In this document: in pieces, positions 39,690-54,466 of the stretch
Layout of the letters: the number at the start of each line of letters is the position of its first letter
Numbering within the stretch: position 1 is the stretch's first letter
Assembly (NCBI GenBank): GCA_964016885.1
Contig: OZ024740.1
Span: 418,686,001-418,750,000 of the forward strand
Reading direction: 5' to 3'
Length of the DNA: 64,000 bases
From: Eledone cirrhosa
Lineage: Eukaryota
Position numbers and translations under genes: made by a program
Notes under the pieces: model-generated
What the model was told of the DNA's origin: nothing
Database searches by the model: none
What the model saw: only the letters and a program-made list of their open reading frames with translations

Positions 39690-40045
39690 AAAAGGCGGAA
39701 AAGAGCCATATCACAAGTTGGAGCTTCCCTCTAATAATGTTTGAGGCAAACCAATTCACTTGCACCAATGCCATAAGTGATAGCGAGGCTAAGGTGCTGA
39801 AATAACCAAGTACCCTTAATGACATCACCTGATACTTTGGTAATGCAAGCTACCAACAATAATAAGAACTTTGTTGTTAGTGGCCCAGCTCCCCCAAACA
39901 TCTCGATTGTAAGAGGCTGGAAAAAATAGTTTGCTAATAACTCCTGGTATTTAAAAAATTTGTTCCGTTGAGCTATGGATGCAGTGACCTTCACCTTTAC
40001 TACAGCATCAATGATGTGAGAATGAGCAGAAGATTCACGACTATG
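39690..40045 (-). mobile_element. CRE-like endonuclease C-terminal remnant
   Basis: A..K..KY..L...Y.F.P..IE.FG..G...GD......FQ.LS.AI motif. Confidence 0.7.
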
Positions 40046-40283
40046 GCGTCTCAAATGACATTTAGATAGAATATTTTCAATTAAGTAAAAAACAAAGAGA
40101 CTCATTTTCAAGATTAGAGCCAATCTAACTTAATAGCCAATCTAACTTAGCCAAAATTTGCCATTGAAATTTTTATAAGTTTAAGAAAAAAAAAAGATAA
40201 TTTGGGCAGACTGCCAAGTATATTAGGACAGAAAGTTTCATCTCTGGGTATCTGGGAATTCAACCAGTGACTGCTGAAAAGAG

Positions 40284-40342
<59 letters not shown>

Positions 40343-42339
40343 ATACACACATACACACACTTACACACACATTTGATTTGATTTTAAGAATAAACATATT
40401 TATATAAAAAAAAAAAACTTCAATATTTGATGAAGAGAAAGGATTATTTCACATTATCCGTGGCAAAGCATGTTTGCACCATATAGATAAAAGTATTAAA
40501 ATAGACACAATAAGCTAGGAAAAATATAGTCCAGTTATTCATTTTATAAATTCATTGAATATTGCCCTAGTTGAGTATTATATATTTTCAAAAATTCCAA
40601 CCTATTTATCATCATCATCATCATCCTCGTTTAACATCCACTTTCCACGCTAGCATGGATAAAATGTATAAAATAATTAAATAAGATACAAAATAATTAG
40701 AGAAAATGATTGAAAATTGCTTGAAACTTTAAGTAAAAAGCTATTTTCAAGATATAATTATAGATTCAACATAGAAAATATGTTTAAAAGAACATTACTG
40801 TTGAGATAACTTAATATATGAGAGCAGATTAAAAAGTAGTGCCTCCTAAAATATAAGGAAAGGGCACTTAACTTCTACTGGAGTCATAAGGGTGCTGCCC
40901 TAACTTGGGCCTTTTAAATTTGGTGAAGCCCATCCCTTTCCATGTCTGAACACAGCTAATTTCTTCCAGAGAATGAGAGAGATAGAAGAGGAGAAAGAGA
41001 GATAGAGTAAGAAATGACCCCAGTACTGAACTAGTACTTTATTTATTGACCTTGAAAGAATGAAAGGCAAAGTCAATCTCAGCAGGATTTGATCTTAGAA
41101 CACAGTGAACTGGAAAAAGTATTGATGTATTCAATGCAACCTCCAAATGACTCTACTAATTCACTGTCTTCCCCTACAATATAATCCAGATAAATGAATG
41201 TAACATCAGTGGCACACAGAAGGTATGAAGCAATGTATCTATTTTTATATAGTTACCTTCTCACAATATTGTTAAAGTTAAAATTGGAATCCTTTATACA
41301 GAAGAAAATAATTCACATGTGGTTATAATTGTTATTTGAAACAACTTTAAATTCCAAACAGTCAATCTTCACTATTTTGCTTTGTAATGAGGATATATAT
41401 TATTAAAGTAAAGAAGAATATTTTCCCAGTTAGATCCAATACATCATATTTTTGTTTTAAGCTTTGACAATGTTTCCATGCATTCACTATCACTTTTAAA
41501 ACCTTTTTCTAAGAACTTGCAGATACCAGTATTTTCATCAGACATTTTGTAACTTTTCACTAACAGCATCAGATCTTTTGCTAATGTCTGAATGTTTAAG
41601 TTCTCTTGCCATGACGTTTTGGGTTAGACTTCCACAGAATGTTATTCCTTTGAGTCACTATGATGAACTTAACTTTCATAAGGTGATAATTTCATACCTA
41701 ATATATCTTTCTTTATAATATCGTTTTAATATTACTTAACACAACTGCCTTAGGTAGAGGAACCTATTTGAAAAATATATTGCAGTCTCCATTTCATGCC
41801 ATAAAAACTGGCGATGGGCCTGCAACCTGTCCTGGGAGATGTGGGATGGATGCACAAAGATTGCATATCTTGAGATGCCAAAGAGGGCTGCATGGCTGGA
41901 ATGAAAATCAGTGCCATGAAAACTGAGACACTCATCCTCTCAAGAAAGCCAGTGCAGTGCACTCTACATGTGGAGTTCCACTGAAGCAGGTGGAGAAGAA
42001 GATAACACGACTATAACTTCCTTTTTTCTGGCTAAATCCTTATGGCACCAAAATACAGAAACTTTGTAATATTAATAACATTTGACACATTACACACTTC
42101 TTCCATGTTGAATACTTTCTCATATTGCTTAATTTACTGATTGTTTTTTGAAGAATAAATTTGTCCACTTAATGCTGACGTACCTCATCTGTTAGCATCT
42201 GTTATTATCTGTTAGCATTCAGAGGGCTTCCATTTTTTTTTTATTGCAATGAAAATATTAACTGACTTTTTCATACAATAAAAAATTTATATTCCCACTT
42301 TCATTATATGTTGTAAATAATTATTCTGTCTTTTTCAAA

Positions 42340-42775
42340 TAATACATGTAGATATTTATATAATACATGTAGATATTTCATACAATACATGTTCATATTT
42401 CATATAATACATGTTCACATTTCATACATCACATGTAGATATTTCATACAATACATGTAGATATTTCATACAATACATGTTCATATTTCATATAATACAT
42501 GTAGATATTTCATACAATACATGTTCATATTTCATATAATACATGTTCATATTTCATACAATACATGTAGATATTTCATACAATACATGTTCATATTTCA
42601 TACAATACATGTAGATATTTCATACAATACATGTTCATATTTCATATAATACATGTAGATATTTCATATAATGCATGTTCATATTTCATATACTACATGT
42701 TCATATTTCATTCAATACATGTAGATATTTCACACAATACATGTAGATATTTCATATAATACATGTTCGCATTTC
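42340..42775. repeat. 22-bp minisatellite (atacatgt(ag/tc)atatttcata(c/t)a), ~20 copies
   Basis: Direct reading. Confidence 0.92.
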
Positions 42776-42949
42776 AATAGACAGACAGTTTCTACATAAA
42801 AACTTAAATTACATTACAGTTCAATTGCTTTAAAGATACTCAATCATGTTGACATTTGCATCAACAACATCAACAATATATCAGTTACACCATTACTTAC
42901 ATTCAACAGACTAAAAACACTCAGTCATAACTACAAAACAACAACAATA

Positions 42950-43153
42950 TATGAGGGTTGGCTGAGAAGTTCATAGGCTGACCAAGATACTCTCATGGAA
43001 TGACCAAATGCGGTTTATCTTTCAACATAGTCTCTAGAAAGAAACAATGCAGTTATTAATATAAGAAGAGTTGATATTAATACGTGTAAGATTTCACTGC
43101 CCTAACATCATTCCTTTATAATCAGCCTATGAACTTCTCAGCCAACCCTCACA
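42950..43153. mobile_element. Tc1/mariner-type MITE; second degenerate copy ~43195-43382
   Basis: ~30-bp TIR tgagggttggctgagaagttcataggctga / tcagcctatgaacttctcagccaaccctca. Confidence 0.8.
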
Positions 43154-46100
43154 TGTGTATATATATATATATATATATACCCACACTCACACACAAAGTT
43201 CATATACTGACCAAGATACTCTCATGGAATGACTAAATGAGGTTTATTTTTCAACATAGTCCCATAAAATAAACAATGCAGTTATTGTTAAAAAAAAAGT
43301 TAAAATTGATGCATGCAAGATTTCACAGCTCTAGTATCACTCCTCCGTAGTCAACCAATCAACTTTTCAGCCAACCCTCATATGTAATCTTCTATTTCAA
43401 CTTTCCAGAAATCAGAAGCATTACTTTACCAACTGCTCTCATAATTTCTGTATAGCAACAGTAATGATATACAGATTATATTTGTTGTGTCCTGTCAAAT
43501 ACCATTAAAAAAACTTTTAAACTTGCATTTTTATTGTAATAAACCAATTGTAGTTTCATCATCTGCATAAATTGACAGAGAATAACAAAGTTAAAGACTT
43601 TCAAAGAAACATTTTAAAGATTTAGTGTCCAAAACTTCACATGTAATAATCAGTTAATAAATTTTATTGAACAATATAATCTAACAAGTATTTATTAAAA
43701 AGATACTCAAAATGTATTATAAACATATTTTCTATTTCTTAAAGTAGCTAGCTTACTTGAGCAATTTTTAATTTTTTTTTTTTTCATTTACCATTATTAC
43801 CATTAGCATATAACAAAGAAAATTTGTAAGATTAAAGAATAGACAGATTTGGTTTTGAAAAATATTTACAAAATAACTTATTTAATATATTTCTTAATTC
43901 TCACAAAAAATGCAAATAAAGGATTTATTTATTTTCAAATAAGAGCATTATACTTTTATGATTAAAAAAAATATTCAATTAAAAACTTTAAAATTATTTA
44001 CATTGTTAAATTTAGAAATTTCTTTTGAATGAAATTATCAACTAATTATTTAAAAGTTCTAAGAAATATAAGTTGTTAATCGAAAGATAAGCAGATATTA
44101 TGGTTTGTACTACAACACTAATTTTAATAGACTAATAATCAGACTTATATAATAGAGAACAAATTCTAACAGAGAAATAAATACCTTGAGTTTCCATTTT
44201 AAATTCTAACAGAAGAATCTCAAGCAAACATCAATATGTTTTTGTCTTTTTACTGTATTTTTTTTTATTGAAGAAAATTAGATTGTATCAACAATTAATT
44301 CAAAATAACAGTTTAATAAAACTTACAGTTTTTACAATATTTTTCTCTGGAACAGTAAACAACCAAATTATACCAAATATAATATTCCATATAACAAAAA
44401 AATGACAAACCAGAGATAATGTTTCCCTGGTTATGGTTTCAGCAGCATACTTCTATACACAAAATCAACAGAGACACTTGAATAACAATTTTAAATATTA
44501 TTGTTATATTATTATTTGTCTTTTCTTTGCTGTTTCTTTTTTTTAAAGTTCAACCTTTTTTTCTTAATGCATTCTTTCTGTTTTTTTTTGTTTGTTTATA
44601 TGAATAAATTAAAAATGATTCAAGAAATTAAGCCGTTTAAAAATATATATATATATTTTTACCAATGATAGAAAATTATGATGAAAATAAATAGAAATGA
44701 ATTTGAAACAAAAGACGATTGTAACAAAACATTAGTTGCAAAAAGAAAATAATCTTATAGCATATAAGTATAATAAATTTATAAAATTTTCTTGCTCAGA
44801 AATCATTTATGAATTGTAAAACAGTAGCATATAGACTTATGACACATACCAAACTAGACCAACTACTTAATTCTCGGCAAAATCTTTATATTTGGAATTA
44901 TAAGATCCCTCTGGATATTAAGTGGGCATAGTAATCTTTCTTATCTTACTCATCCACCTTGTAAGAATTTCCACGGGTATTAAATACAATCATTTCCATT
45001 TAGCAAAGAAACACTTGGATTGTTTGAGGGGGTAAATGATTGTCAGGTTAGTTCACTAGTAATATAATACCTATGTCTGCTGTTAATAAAAAAGTAATAT
45101 CAGAAGAAACACTATAAATAATGGTTTCTAGTATAGGCACAAGGCCAACAATTTTTGTGGGGAGGGGAAAATCAATTAAATTGACCCCAGTGAATTACTG
45201 GTGCTTTATTTTATCGACCCTGTAAGGATGAAAGGCAAAGCTAACCTCAGTGGGATTTGAACTCAGAATGTAAAGAGCCATAACTCTATGCTGCAAAGCA
45301 TGTTGTCCGACACTCTACTGATACTGCCAATTCACCACCCTTATAGAAACACTATAAATAATGCCTCATAATTGGTTATAATTAATATCATGTTTTTATC
45401 ATTGATAATCTCAAAATGGGAATATATATATAAGAAAACACTTTGATGATAGCAGAGTCAATAGGTCTCCCACACAAAAACAGAAGACAAAAGAAAATTA
45501 TTGATATGACAATTTGGTAATCCCTGATATGTCTGGAGACAAAATATATGAAATTAATAAAACAAATATAGACATTTTTGGCATGATATTCAAATTATAC
45601 CTTTCCATTATATCATCAAATAAGTCTTGCTGGTATTGAAATAGGTAATCTTTCAAAAGTATTTATCAATCACTATAAACTTCTACTGAGCAATAAATAA
45701 AATACTCTGAGTTGTGAAAAGTACCTTATATGGTCATACTAAAAAATTCCAAAACAACCTAAAGACATTAAACAATCTATAATCCAAGTAAAATATAGGA
45801 TTGGAACTAAAATATCTTAAATAAATAAAAAAGATAGATGAATAAATAAATAGATAGATAAATAGATAAAAAGAAAGAAGTGAGTTGCTGATAGTTACTT
45901 TAGAAATATGATAATGGATTAAAATATCAAGAAAACTGTTAATTGTTGTACCATAATATTTCAGGTATAACTCTCATTTTCATGAAAACATTTTATAATA
46001 TGCTTTAAAATCAATTAATATTGAAACTTTATAACATCACCGACTGCCTTGTTCAATAATATTTTATTTATTTCATCCATAATGAAATTTTAGAAAGCCC

Positions 46101-47764
46101 AAATATTTTAGAAATATTTTAGAAATATTTTATGTTTATTTTGTTCAAGTTTTACTAAGATATATTCTAGATGGATTCTGATGAATGTATATAAATATTG
46201 ACATATGTTCTATATTCATTGGCAGCACAGTCTCAGAAGACCATGTTTAATGTGCCTGGAGTTGTGTCTAGTCACTGGGATCGACTGCTGTGACTGTGCA
46301 GGCCAATGCATGAGTGACAGTCTTTGTTGCACTTGGTACAGATACATGTGGAATCTATCTTCTATATTATATCTTTGACAACTAACATGTTTTTGACTTC
46401 TACTGATTATTGATACTTCATACGGAACTATAAATCGATATTTGGGGATTCATTTGAAGTGTATTGATGTACACAGGTGTGGGTCATCTGAAATGTATTG
46501 TACACAGATGTGGGTCACCTGAAGTGTATTGATGATGTACTCAATTTGACAGGTCTGGGGGTCAATTGAATGGACTCTAAGATGGTTGAAGATAACAAAT
46601 GTTGCTATCCATAGCCAAAAGAGTGTAGAAAGGACTTGAAACTGGCACCATTCATTAATAAGTCCTGCACTTCACTACTGGATCACGGGGCTGCCCAATC
46701 AAAAGAATGTTTCAAGTAAACAGTCTGTTAGGTTTTTTTGTTTTGTTTTGCTTTTTTTTTTTCAAGATTAAAAATATTTTCTTTACTTCGTATATATAAT
46801 ATTTGTATATATAATCTTCATATATATAATATTTGTATATATAATGTAAGAAACCTGTAAAGTATTTTAGTGCTCCTTGCTATTTCACAACTCAAAGGAA
46901 TATACAAAACACACCAGCAATATTAAACTCACTTTCTGAGTAATGACAAACTTAACTTTTACTAAAACTCATTTGTGGTTTTATTGATTAAAATACACCC
47001 ACTTTGTTAGCTGGAATAATATTGCTGATTAAATACATCTAACTTAGCTATCTACTGTTTCTACAACTAAAGTCATGTTATATAATACAGAGTGCAGCAA
47101 AAATACCTCCTACATTTTAACAGTTGAAGTGTAAAATATGGGAAGTTTTTCTGCTGAATCCTTTATAGGTCACATTATTTTCTATGCTTTCTTTGGATGA
47201 AGACATTTGTTTTTATGTGCTGTTAAAAAAGGTTCATAATTTAGTTTATTATATTTGTATAAAAACAGATTGCTTAAAAAATAGAGAGAGAGAAGAAAAG
47301 AAAGATAATGGAAAGATAAATAATATATAATGTTTTGAACATTTTTCACAACAATTTGTTTCAGATAACCTAAGTAAATAAATTTCAGTGAAAATTATTT
47401 GTAAATAAATTTCAGTAAAAATTATTCGGAAATAAATTTCGGTGAAAAAAATATAATTTAAAATGATGATATTTTTAATAAATTAAATTTCTGCTTTTTG
47501 GTTTCACATTACCCCATAGACTGTTCACTGAACATCTGAAAATTTTAGGTTGTAATTTAAACAAAAATATAAAAATAATTATACAACAGCAAAGTTGTTA
47601 TTTGTTGTTTGAGTAAAATGTGAATTTGTGCTGCCGCAGAAGATCTGCCACAACATTGCTGTTGGTAGCAGTAGGGAAATAGAATAAAACAATTTCTAAA
47701 CAAAGAAATTTGATAAAACTAAACAAAATCAACTGTTTGAAATATTTAGATGAGATTTCTTGTC

Positions 47765-48064
47765 TTATAGTGTGATGTTCAATAGTGATGCTGTTGTAGT
47801 TGCTAGAGTTGTAGTGGACATGTTCATAGTAGTTGTAGTAAGGAAGCTGCTTTCACAGTAAGATAACTGGACTCCATGATTACATTTTGTAGCATCTTTG
47901 AAGTTCACTACAATCATAAGTGAACCAACAACAAATATCAGTATTCCAAAAATTGCAATTAGACCAGGAAGAGTATTACCCCGTGATAGTATGGGCTCTG
48001 GACGAAGTTTAATCACACACATTGAAGGGAAAATATAAGCTAGAGGACAGGCTGCTAAAATACC
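47765..48064 (-). CDS. SLC38A11: SLC38A11 last coding exon (GILAACPLAYIFPSMCVIKL...KCNHGVQLSYC...LLNITL*)
   Basis: TTTCAG acceptor, open to TAA; G...A.PL..I.P..C..KL and C.HG....YC motifs. Confidence 0.92.
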   Translation of the reverse strand, partial: GILAACPLAYIFPSMCVIKLRPEPILSRGNTLPGLIAIFGILIFVVGSLMIVVNFKDATKCNHGVQLSYCESSFLTTTTMNMSTTTLATTTASLLNITL

Positions 48065-48994
48065 CTGAAAAAGGAAAAAATAAATAGATTAATGTTGAAT
48101 TATCATTTGAAATATAAAGTATTTATTTACATCAAAACAAGTTGAAATTTAAACTATTGATTTAGGCAAACTTACTTGTGCTGATGCCACAATAAACTGC
48201 ACTCAGTACACTCTGTAAAATGGCAGCAACAAAAAAAGACTATGCAGTGCTGAGAGGCTTCATCTAGTCATATTGAAAACATAACGACCTATCTAGTGCA
48301 ATAAAATATACACAGCAAAACTCTGGAAAATAGATGACATTAGGGAGGGCATCCAACTGTAGAAACTATATAAAAAATGGTTCTCCAACCCCTCCAGTCT
48401 CAAACCATTACAACCCATCCAACCTATGATAGCATGGAGAGCCAATGAAAAATGATAGTTTTTTTTAAAACTTTTACATGAATACAAAAAAAAAAAAAAT
48501 TCACAAAATGTCTGCCTTCAAAACATCCTCAAAACATTCCAGAACAACAGAAGAAAAGATTTAAATTTTACTGTTTGTCCTTGCTTAAAATATTGTTACT
48601 TCCATTATTATTCTCATCATCATTATGGCAGTGGATTGGCAGTATCAGTAGAGCGGCAGACAAAATGCTTTGTAGCATATACTTCAATTCCTTGACTGGG
48701 AAATGTGTCCTTGAGCAAACAACTTTATTTCACATTGCTCTAGTTAATCAGCTGTAGAAATGAATTCCAATGTCATTGGTGCCAAGCTATATCAGTCTTT
48801 GCCTTTCCCTTGGACAACATTGGTGGCATGGAGTTAGCTGTAACAGGCCTAACTAGCTGGTAGTGGATAATAAACTCTGCTAAGATAGAACAAACAGAAG
48901 ATCTGTCTGAAAGAACTTGTGAACTGATGGGCCATAGACCTTCTTGGTATTGGATCAAGATGAAGATAAATTGAGAATATCTGCTGCAACTTAC

Positions 48995-49132
48995 ATTTAA
49001 TGCTAAGACAATTCCTAAACATTCTGTTGTCATTGAAATAGCTCCTGTAAAACCAACCAGAACTGCTGTAAGTAGCACATGTTTCCAGAGGCAGAGTTCT
49101 TCAGTCAATCCAAGAAACAGATTCTGAACAAC
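48995..49132 (-). CDS. SLC38A11: SLC38A11 internal exon (VVQNLFLGLTEELCLWKHVLLT...TECLGIVLALN)
   Basis: TTTCAG acceptor, GTAAGT donor, 46 codons, phase 0/0; CLGIVL.LN motif. Confidence 0.9.
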
Positions 49133-51011
49133 CTGAAATATAAAACATATTTAGATAGAAAGATTTTATAAAAATTATTTCTACAATTATTAAAGTAATG
49201 AAAGAAATCAGGAACTTAACTTTTTTGTTACTATATTTTTAATGAAATACACTGCCTATTTATCTTAATTTTGGATCAAATATTTGGAGGAATTTAAAAA
49301 AATAACTTACTTTTTCATTAATAAGCTGATATTTAGAACATTTGTTACATTTTTTATACATTACAAAAAGCACCCAGTCTACACTGCAAATGAGGTTGGC
49401 GTTAAGGAGTGCATCCAGCCATAGAAACTAAGCCAGAAACAGTTCTGTATAAGACATGATCATCTAATCTGACTTGACTCGCAACTCTTCTAACTGACGC
49501 TAGCATGGAAAAATGTAAATTGAATGGTGATGATAGTGATGATGATGATGATGATAGACATTTTAAAATGAGCAGTTTTTTTTAATCATATATCTAGGGT
49601 GGTTTCAGGCAATTTGATATCAAAAAGATTAATAATGTTGAAATTGAAACAAATGTTTCCATCTTAAGATAATATTCCTTTTCCTAAACAGTAGTTAGTG
49701 GAATAATTTACCAAACTGTTTCTTATTAACGCTTATGTAAATGACTTGAAAAATAAACTAAATACACATTAAAATTATTTCTTTTGGGTAGTGGATCGGC
49801 AGTATAGGTAGAGGGTCGGACGTCATGCTTTGCAGTACAGAGTTACGGCCCTTTACGTTCTGAGTTCAAATCCCACCGAGGTTAACTTTGCCTTTTATCC
49901 TTACCGGGTCGATAAAATAAAGTACCAGTAATGCACTGGAATAATTGCTGGCCTTGTGCCAAAAGTAGAAACAATTAAAATTATTTCTTTTGCCAAGTAA
50001 GATAAATTTACTGATTAGTTCATGTCTTAAAAGTTCATAGTTTAATATATAGCATTAAGAAATTATCTACTACCACAGAACTATGATATTTTTTTATAAA
50101 TTTATACACAGACGGAACCTCCTCAGTATAACAGAGGAATAGAGTAATAAAGGAGCTTCTATGAACCAATGAGGAAGCCACCATGTTGTTGCTTGCTCCT
50201 CTAGAAATAGCAGCCAGATTTACAAGATTTACATATACTTTGTGAAGGCATGTGGCTTAGTGGTTAGAGAATTGGATTCCCAGACAAGGTGATGCATTAT
50301 GTCCTTGAGCAAGACACTTTATTTCATATTGCTCATTCAGCTAGGAGTTGCGACTGGTAGATAGTATCAGCAATGGAAAAACCAATTGAAACATTGTTTC
50401 CTTGGTCGAATTTGACAAGATCCACCTCCACTCAGTAAGCAAATTAGGTCAGAACTAGTCAATCGATTGATCAATTGAAAATTATTTCTATGAGATACAA
50501 GAGTTACCACTATATGCTGTATAGATTAATATTGATCTTTAGCTTATTATTGGCACTTGTGGACTGTTTTAAAGCTATTGCTTTTGTTTTGAACTATTTT
50601 CGTTTTACATTTGAAAAGAGGGTCTTAGCCCTGAAATATTATGTTGAAATATATTGGGTATACCCTTGAAAGTAGTGCTCCAGCATGACATCAGTCCAAT
50701 AGGTGAAACCAGTAAAAGAGTAAAAGATAACCAAAAGTATTAACCCTTTACCATTTACATTACTCTATATTTACTATTATATTTTCACGGTAAAGGGTTT
50801 ATCTTACATAATTATCTCACATAATATCGAATCTATGAGATTTTGAAAACAATACCTTAACATCAGTATGAGTGGCCAGTTACAGCCGGTTTAAACAGAA
50901 AGAGGTGAGAGTATTCTGGCCGGATACGGCCGGTTTAAATGCTAAAAGGGTTAAATTCTTAAAATTTAAATTATGAAATAAAAATTGCTAATCTTCAATA
51001 GTTTTTTTTAC

Positions 51012-51124
51012 CTCTCTGCATACAAAACATTCCACTGGAAAGGTCAACATAATTGTAATTGTGTAAACAACGCGTGCCACATTTACTAGACTATCATTGT
51101 AGCAGTAATTCTCAAGAAGATCTC
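51012..51124 (-). CDS. SLC38A11: SLC38A11 internal exon (GDLLENYCYNDSLVNVARVVYTITIMLTFPVECFVCRE)
   Basis: TTTCAG acceptor, GTAAAA donor; GDL.ENYC and LT.P.ECFV.RE motifs. Confidence 0.93.
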
Positions 51125-52788
51125 CTGAAATATAAAATAATTAATTAAAGACATGCAATTATAAAGCCTTCCCAATAAATCAAGTTAATTAGGTGTCTAT
51201 AAATTATGTGCTGAGATTTTAAATGTAAATGATACTAGACATTACAATGTTTTATGAGAAAGATTAATAACAGAAAAAAATAGAAATTTCTTAATGTTTC
51301 AGACACTAGTTGTTTATCTGAAAGGAGCTTATGGCAACAAAAAAGGGTTTTTCTAGAAGGGAAGAAAAGAGTGTGTGTGTGTGTGTGTTTGTTTATGTGT
51401 GTTTGTGTGTGTGTGTGTTTGTGTATTTTTGTATGTGTGTGTGTGATAGTTAGTGTGTATGCGTGTGTCTGTGTGTGTTTGTGTATGCTTGTGTGTGTGG
51501 TTGTGTACGTGTGTGTGTGTGTGATAGTGTATTTGTGTGTGTGTTTGTGTGTGTGTGTTTGTGTAAGCGTGTTTGTGTGTGTGTGTTTGTATATGTGTGT
51601 GTATGTGTGTGTGATAGTGTGTTTGTGTGTGTGTGATAGTGTGTGATAGTGTGTGTGTGTGTGATAGTGTGTTTGTGTGTGTGAGGTCAATAGCTGAAAT
51701 TAGTTATGTGGAGTTATTTAGTGTGTTCAAACATGGCATTTGGGGGGAAAATGTGTGTGCGTGTTGGTTAGTTCTTGTGTGTGTGTGTGTGTGTGTTGGT
51801 TAGTGAGTGTGCGTGTGTGTGTGTGTTGGTTAGTGAGTGCGTGTGTGTGTTGGTTAGTGAGTGCGTGTGTGTGTTGGTTAGTGAGTGTGTGTGTGTGTGT
51901 GTTGGTTAGTGAGTGTGTGTGTGTATGCGTGCATGTGTGTGTGTGTTGGTTAGTGAGTGCGTGTGAGTGAGTGTGTGTGTATATGTGTGTGTGTTGGTTA
52001 GTGAGTGTGTGTGTGTTGGTTAGTGAGTGCGTGTGTGAGTGAGTGTATGTGTGTATGTGTGTGTGTGTTGGTTAGTGAGTGCGTGTGTGAGTGAGTGTAT
52101 GTGTGTATGTATGTGTGTGTTGGTTAGTGAGTGCGTGTGTGAGTGAGTGTATGTGTGTATGTGTGTGTGTGTTGGTTAGTATTAATATCCAGCAGGCAAA
52201 GATGTGTGTGTGTGCATGTCGGTTAGTGTGTGTGAGTGAGTTGTGTATGTATATATATGTGTGTGTTGATTAGTGTGTATGTGTATATGTGTATATGTGT
52301 ATGTGTATATGTGTATGTGTATATGTGTACATGTGTATATGTGTATATGTGTGTATGTGTATATGTGTATATGTGTATGTGTGTATATGTGTATGTGTAT
52401 ATGTATATGTATATATGTATATGTGTATATGTGTATATGTATATATGTGTATATGTATATGTGTATATGTATATGTGTATGTGTGTATGTGTATGTGTGT
52501 ATGTTACTGTCTGATTTATACAATATTTATGTTGTTATTGTGTTTTATCCAATAATGTCTGACTAGCAGTTTTTAACCAAAAACAGTTTTTTAATGAATT
52601 TAATTCATTAATTCAACTGATGAAGTACAAAACAAGAGGAAATGTAATTTGAAAAGAGAAATTTTAATAATGAATGTATTAATTAATTTATTTAATCAAT
52701 TTAAACGTCTGTATAGAGCTAATAAGCCATGGCAGACTAGGGGAAGTGTCTAGTACTTTTTACAGTTGAGAAGCAAAAAAACAAGATA

Positions 52789-53801
52789 TAGCTGTCGAGA
52801 CACTGCATCCTTTAAAACCTCCATGGAACAAACTCCCTGCATCAGTTATTAGCTGTCGAGACACTACATCCTTTAAAAGCTCCATGGAACAAACTACCTG
52901 CATCAGTTGTTAGCTGTCGAGACACTACATCCTTTAAAAGCTCCATGGAACAAACTACCTGCATCAGTTGTTAGCTGTCGAGACACTACATCCTTTAAAA
53001 GCTCCATGGAACAAACTCCCTGCATCACTTGTTAGCTGTCGAGACACTACATCCTTTAAAAGCTCCATGGAACAAACTACCTGCATCAGTTGTTAGCTGT
53101 CGAGACACTACATCCTTTAAAAGCTCCATGGAACAAACTCCCTGCATCAGTTGTTAGCTGTCGAGACACTACATCCTTTAAAACCTCCATGGAACAAACT
53201 CCCTGCATCAGTTGTTAGCTGTCGAGACACTACATCCTTTAAAAGCTCCATGGAACAAAGTACCTGCATCAGTTGTTAGCTGTCGAGACACTGCATCCTT
53301 TAAAAGCTCCATGGAACAAACTACCTGCATCAGTTGTTAGCTGTCGAGACACTGCATCCTTTAAAACCTCCATGGAACAAACTCCCTGCATCAGTTGTTA
53401 GCTGTCGAGACACTACATCCTTTAAAAGCTCCATGGAACAAACTACCTGCATCAGTTGTTAGCTGTCGAGACACTACATCCTTTAAAACCTCCATGGACA
53501 AACTACCTGCATCAGTTGTTAGCTGTTGAGACACTACATCCTTTAAAAGCTCCATGGAACAAACTACCTGCATCAGTTGTTAGCTGTCGAGACACTGCAT
53601 CCTTTAAAACCTCCATGGAACAAACTACCTGCATCAGTGTGTTAGCTGTTGAGACACCGCATCCTTTAAAAGCTCCATGGAACAAACTCCCTGCATCAGT
53701 TGTTAGCTGTCGAGACACTGCATCCTTTAAAACCTCCATGGAACAAACTACCTGCATCAGTTGTTAGCTGTCAAGACACTGCATCCTTTAAAACCTCCAT
53801 G
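52789..53801 (+). repeat. 61-bp tandem array (~16 copies) derived from the CR1 ORF2 3' end
   Basis: Unit catggaacaaactacctgcatcagttgttagctgtcgagacactgcatcctttaaaacctc matches 18280-18340; runs into a CR1 3'UTR that ends ~54190. Confidence 0.95.
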
Positions 53802-54466
53802 CTTCTTGAGATTCGCCAACACTACACCTAATATTCCCCCTCCATACACACACACACATGTATATCATGTCTCATACACTATTCACTTCCCTGACATTTG
53901 TATATTATTCTATATACTAAAGGGCAGTGAATTGGCAGATCGGTAGAGGGTCGGATATGCTTTCCAGCATAGTTACGTCCCTTTATGATCTGAGATCAAT
54001 TCTCGCCGAGGTTAACTTTGCCTTTCATTCTTACGGGGTCGATAAAATAAAGTACCAGTAATGTACTGCTATAATTGCTGGCCTTGTGCCAAAAGTAGAA
54101 ACAATTATTCTATATACTATACATGCACCTTTGATGAGTTGTAGTGCACCTGAGCACTGTACACAATAATTTCATTATTATTATTATTATTGAAAATGAA
54201 ATTATTGTGTACAGGGCGGTGGATTGGCAGTATCGGTAGAGGGTCGGACGCCATGCTTTGCAGCAAAGAGTTACGGCCCTTTATGGTTTGAGTTCAAATC
54301 CCGCCGAAGTTCACTTTGCTTTCATCCATACGGGGTCGATAAAATAAAGTACCAGTAATACACTGGGATAATTGCTGGCCTTGTGCCAAAAGTAGAAACA
54401 ATTATTACAAAGATAAGTGAATATAAAAATAAAAATAAAATAAAATAAAATAAAAACTATACCGAC

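Noticed and set aside
51760-52180. Interstitial telomeric repeats (GGTTAG); also CCCTAA near 2050
   Set aside because: Isolated hexamers within a TG minisatellite or unique DNA, not tandem TTAGGG.
52789-53801. CRISPR-like array
   Set aside because: Head-to-tail units without spacers, fully explained by CR1 sequence.
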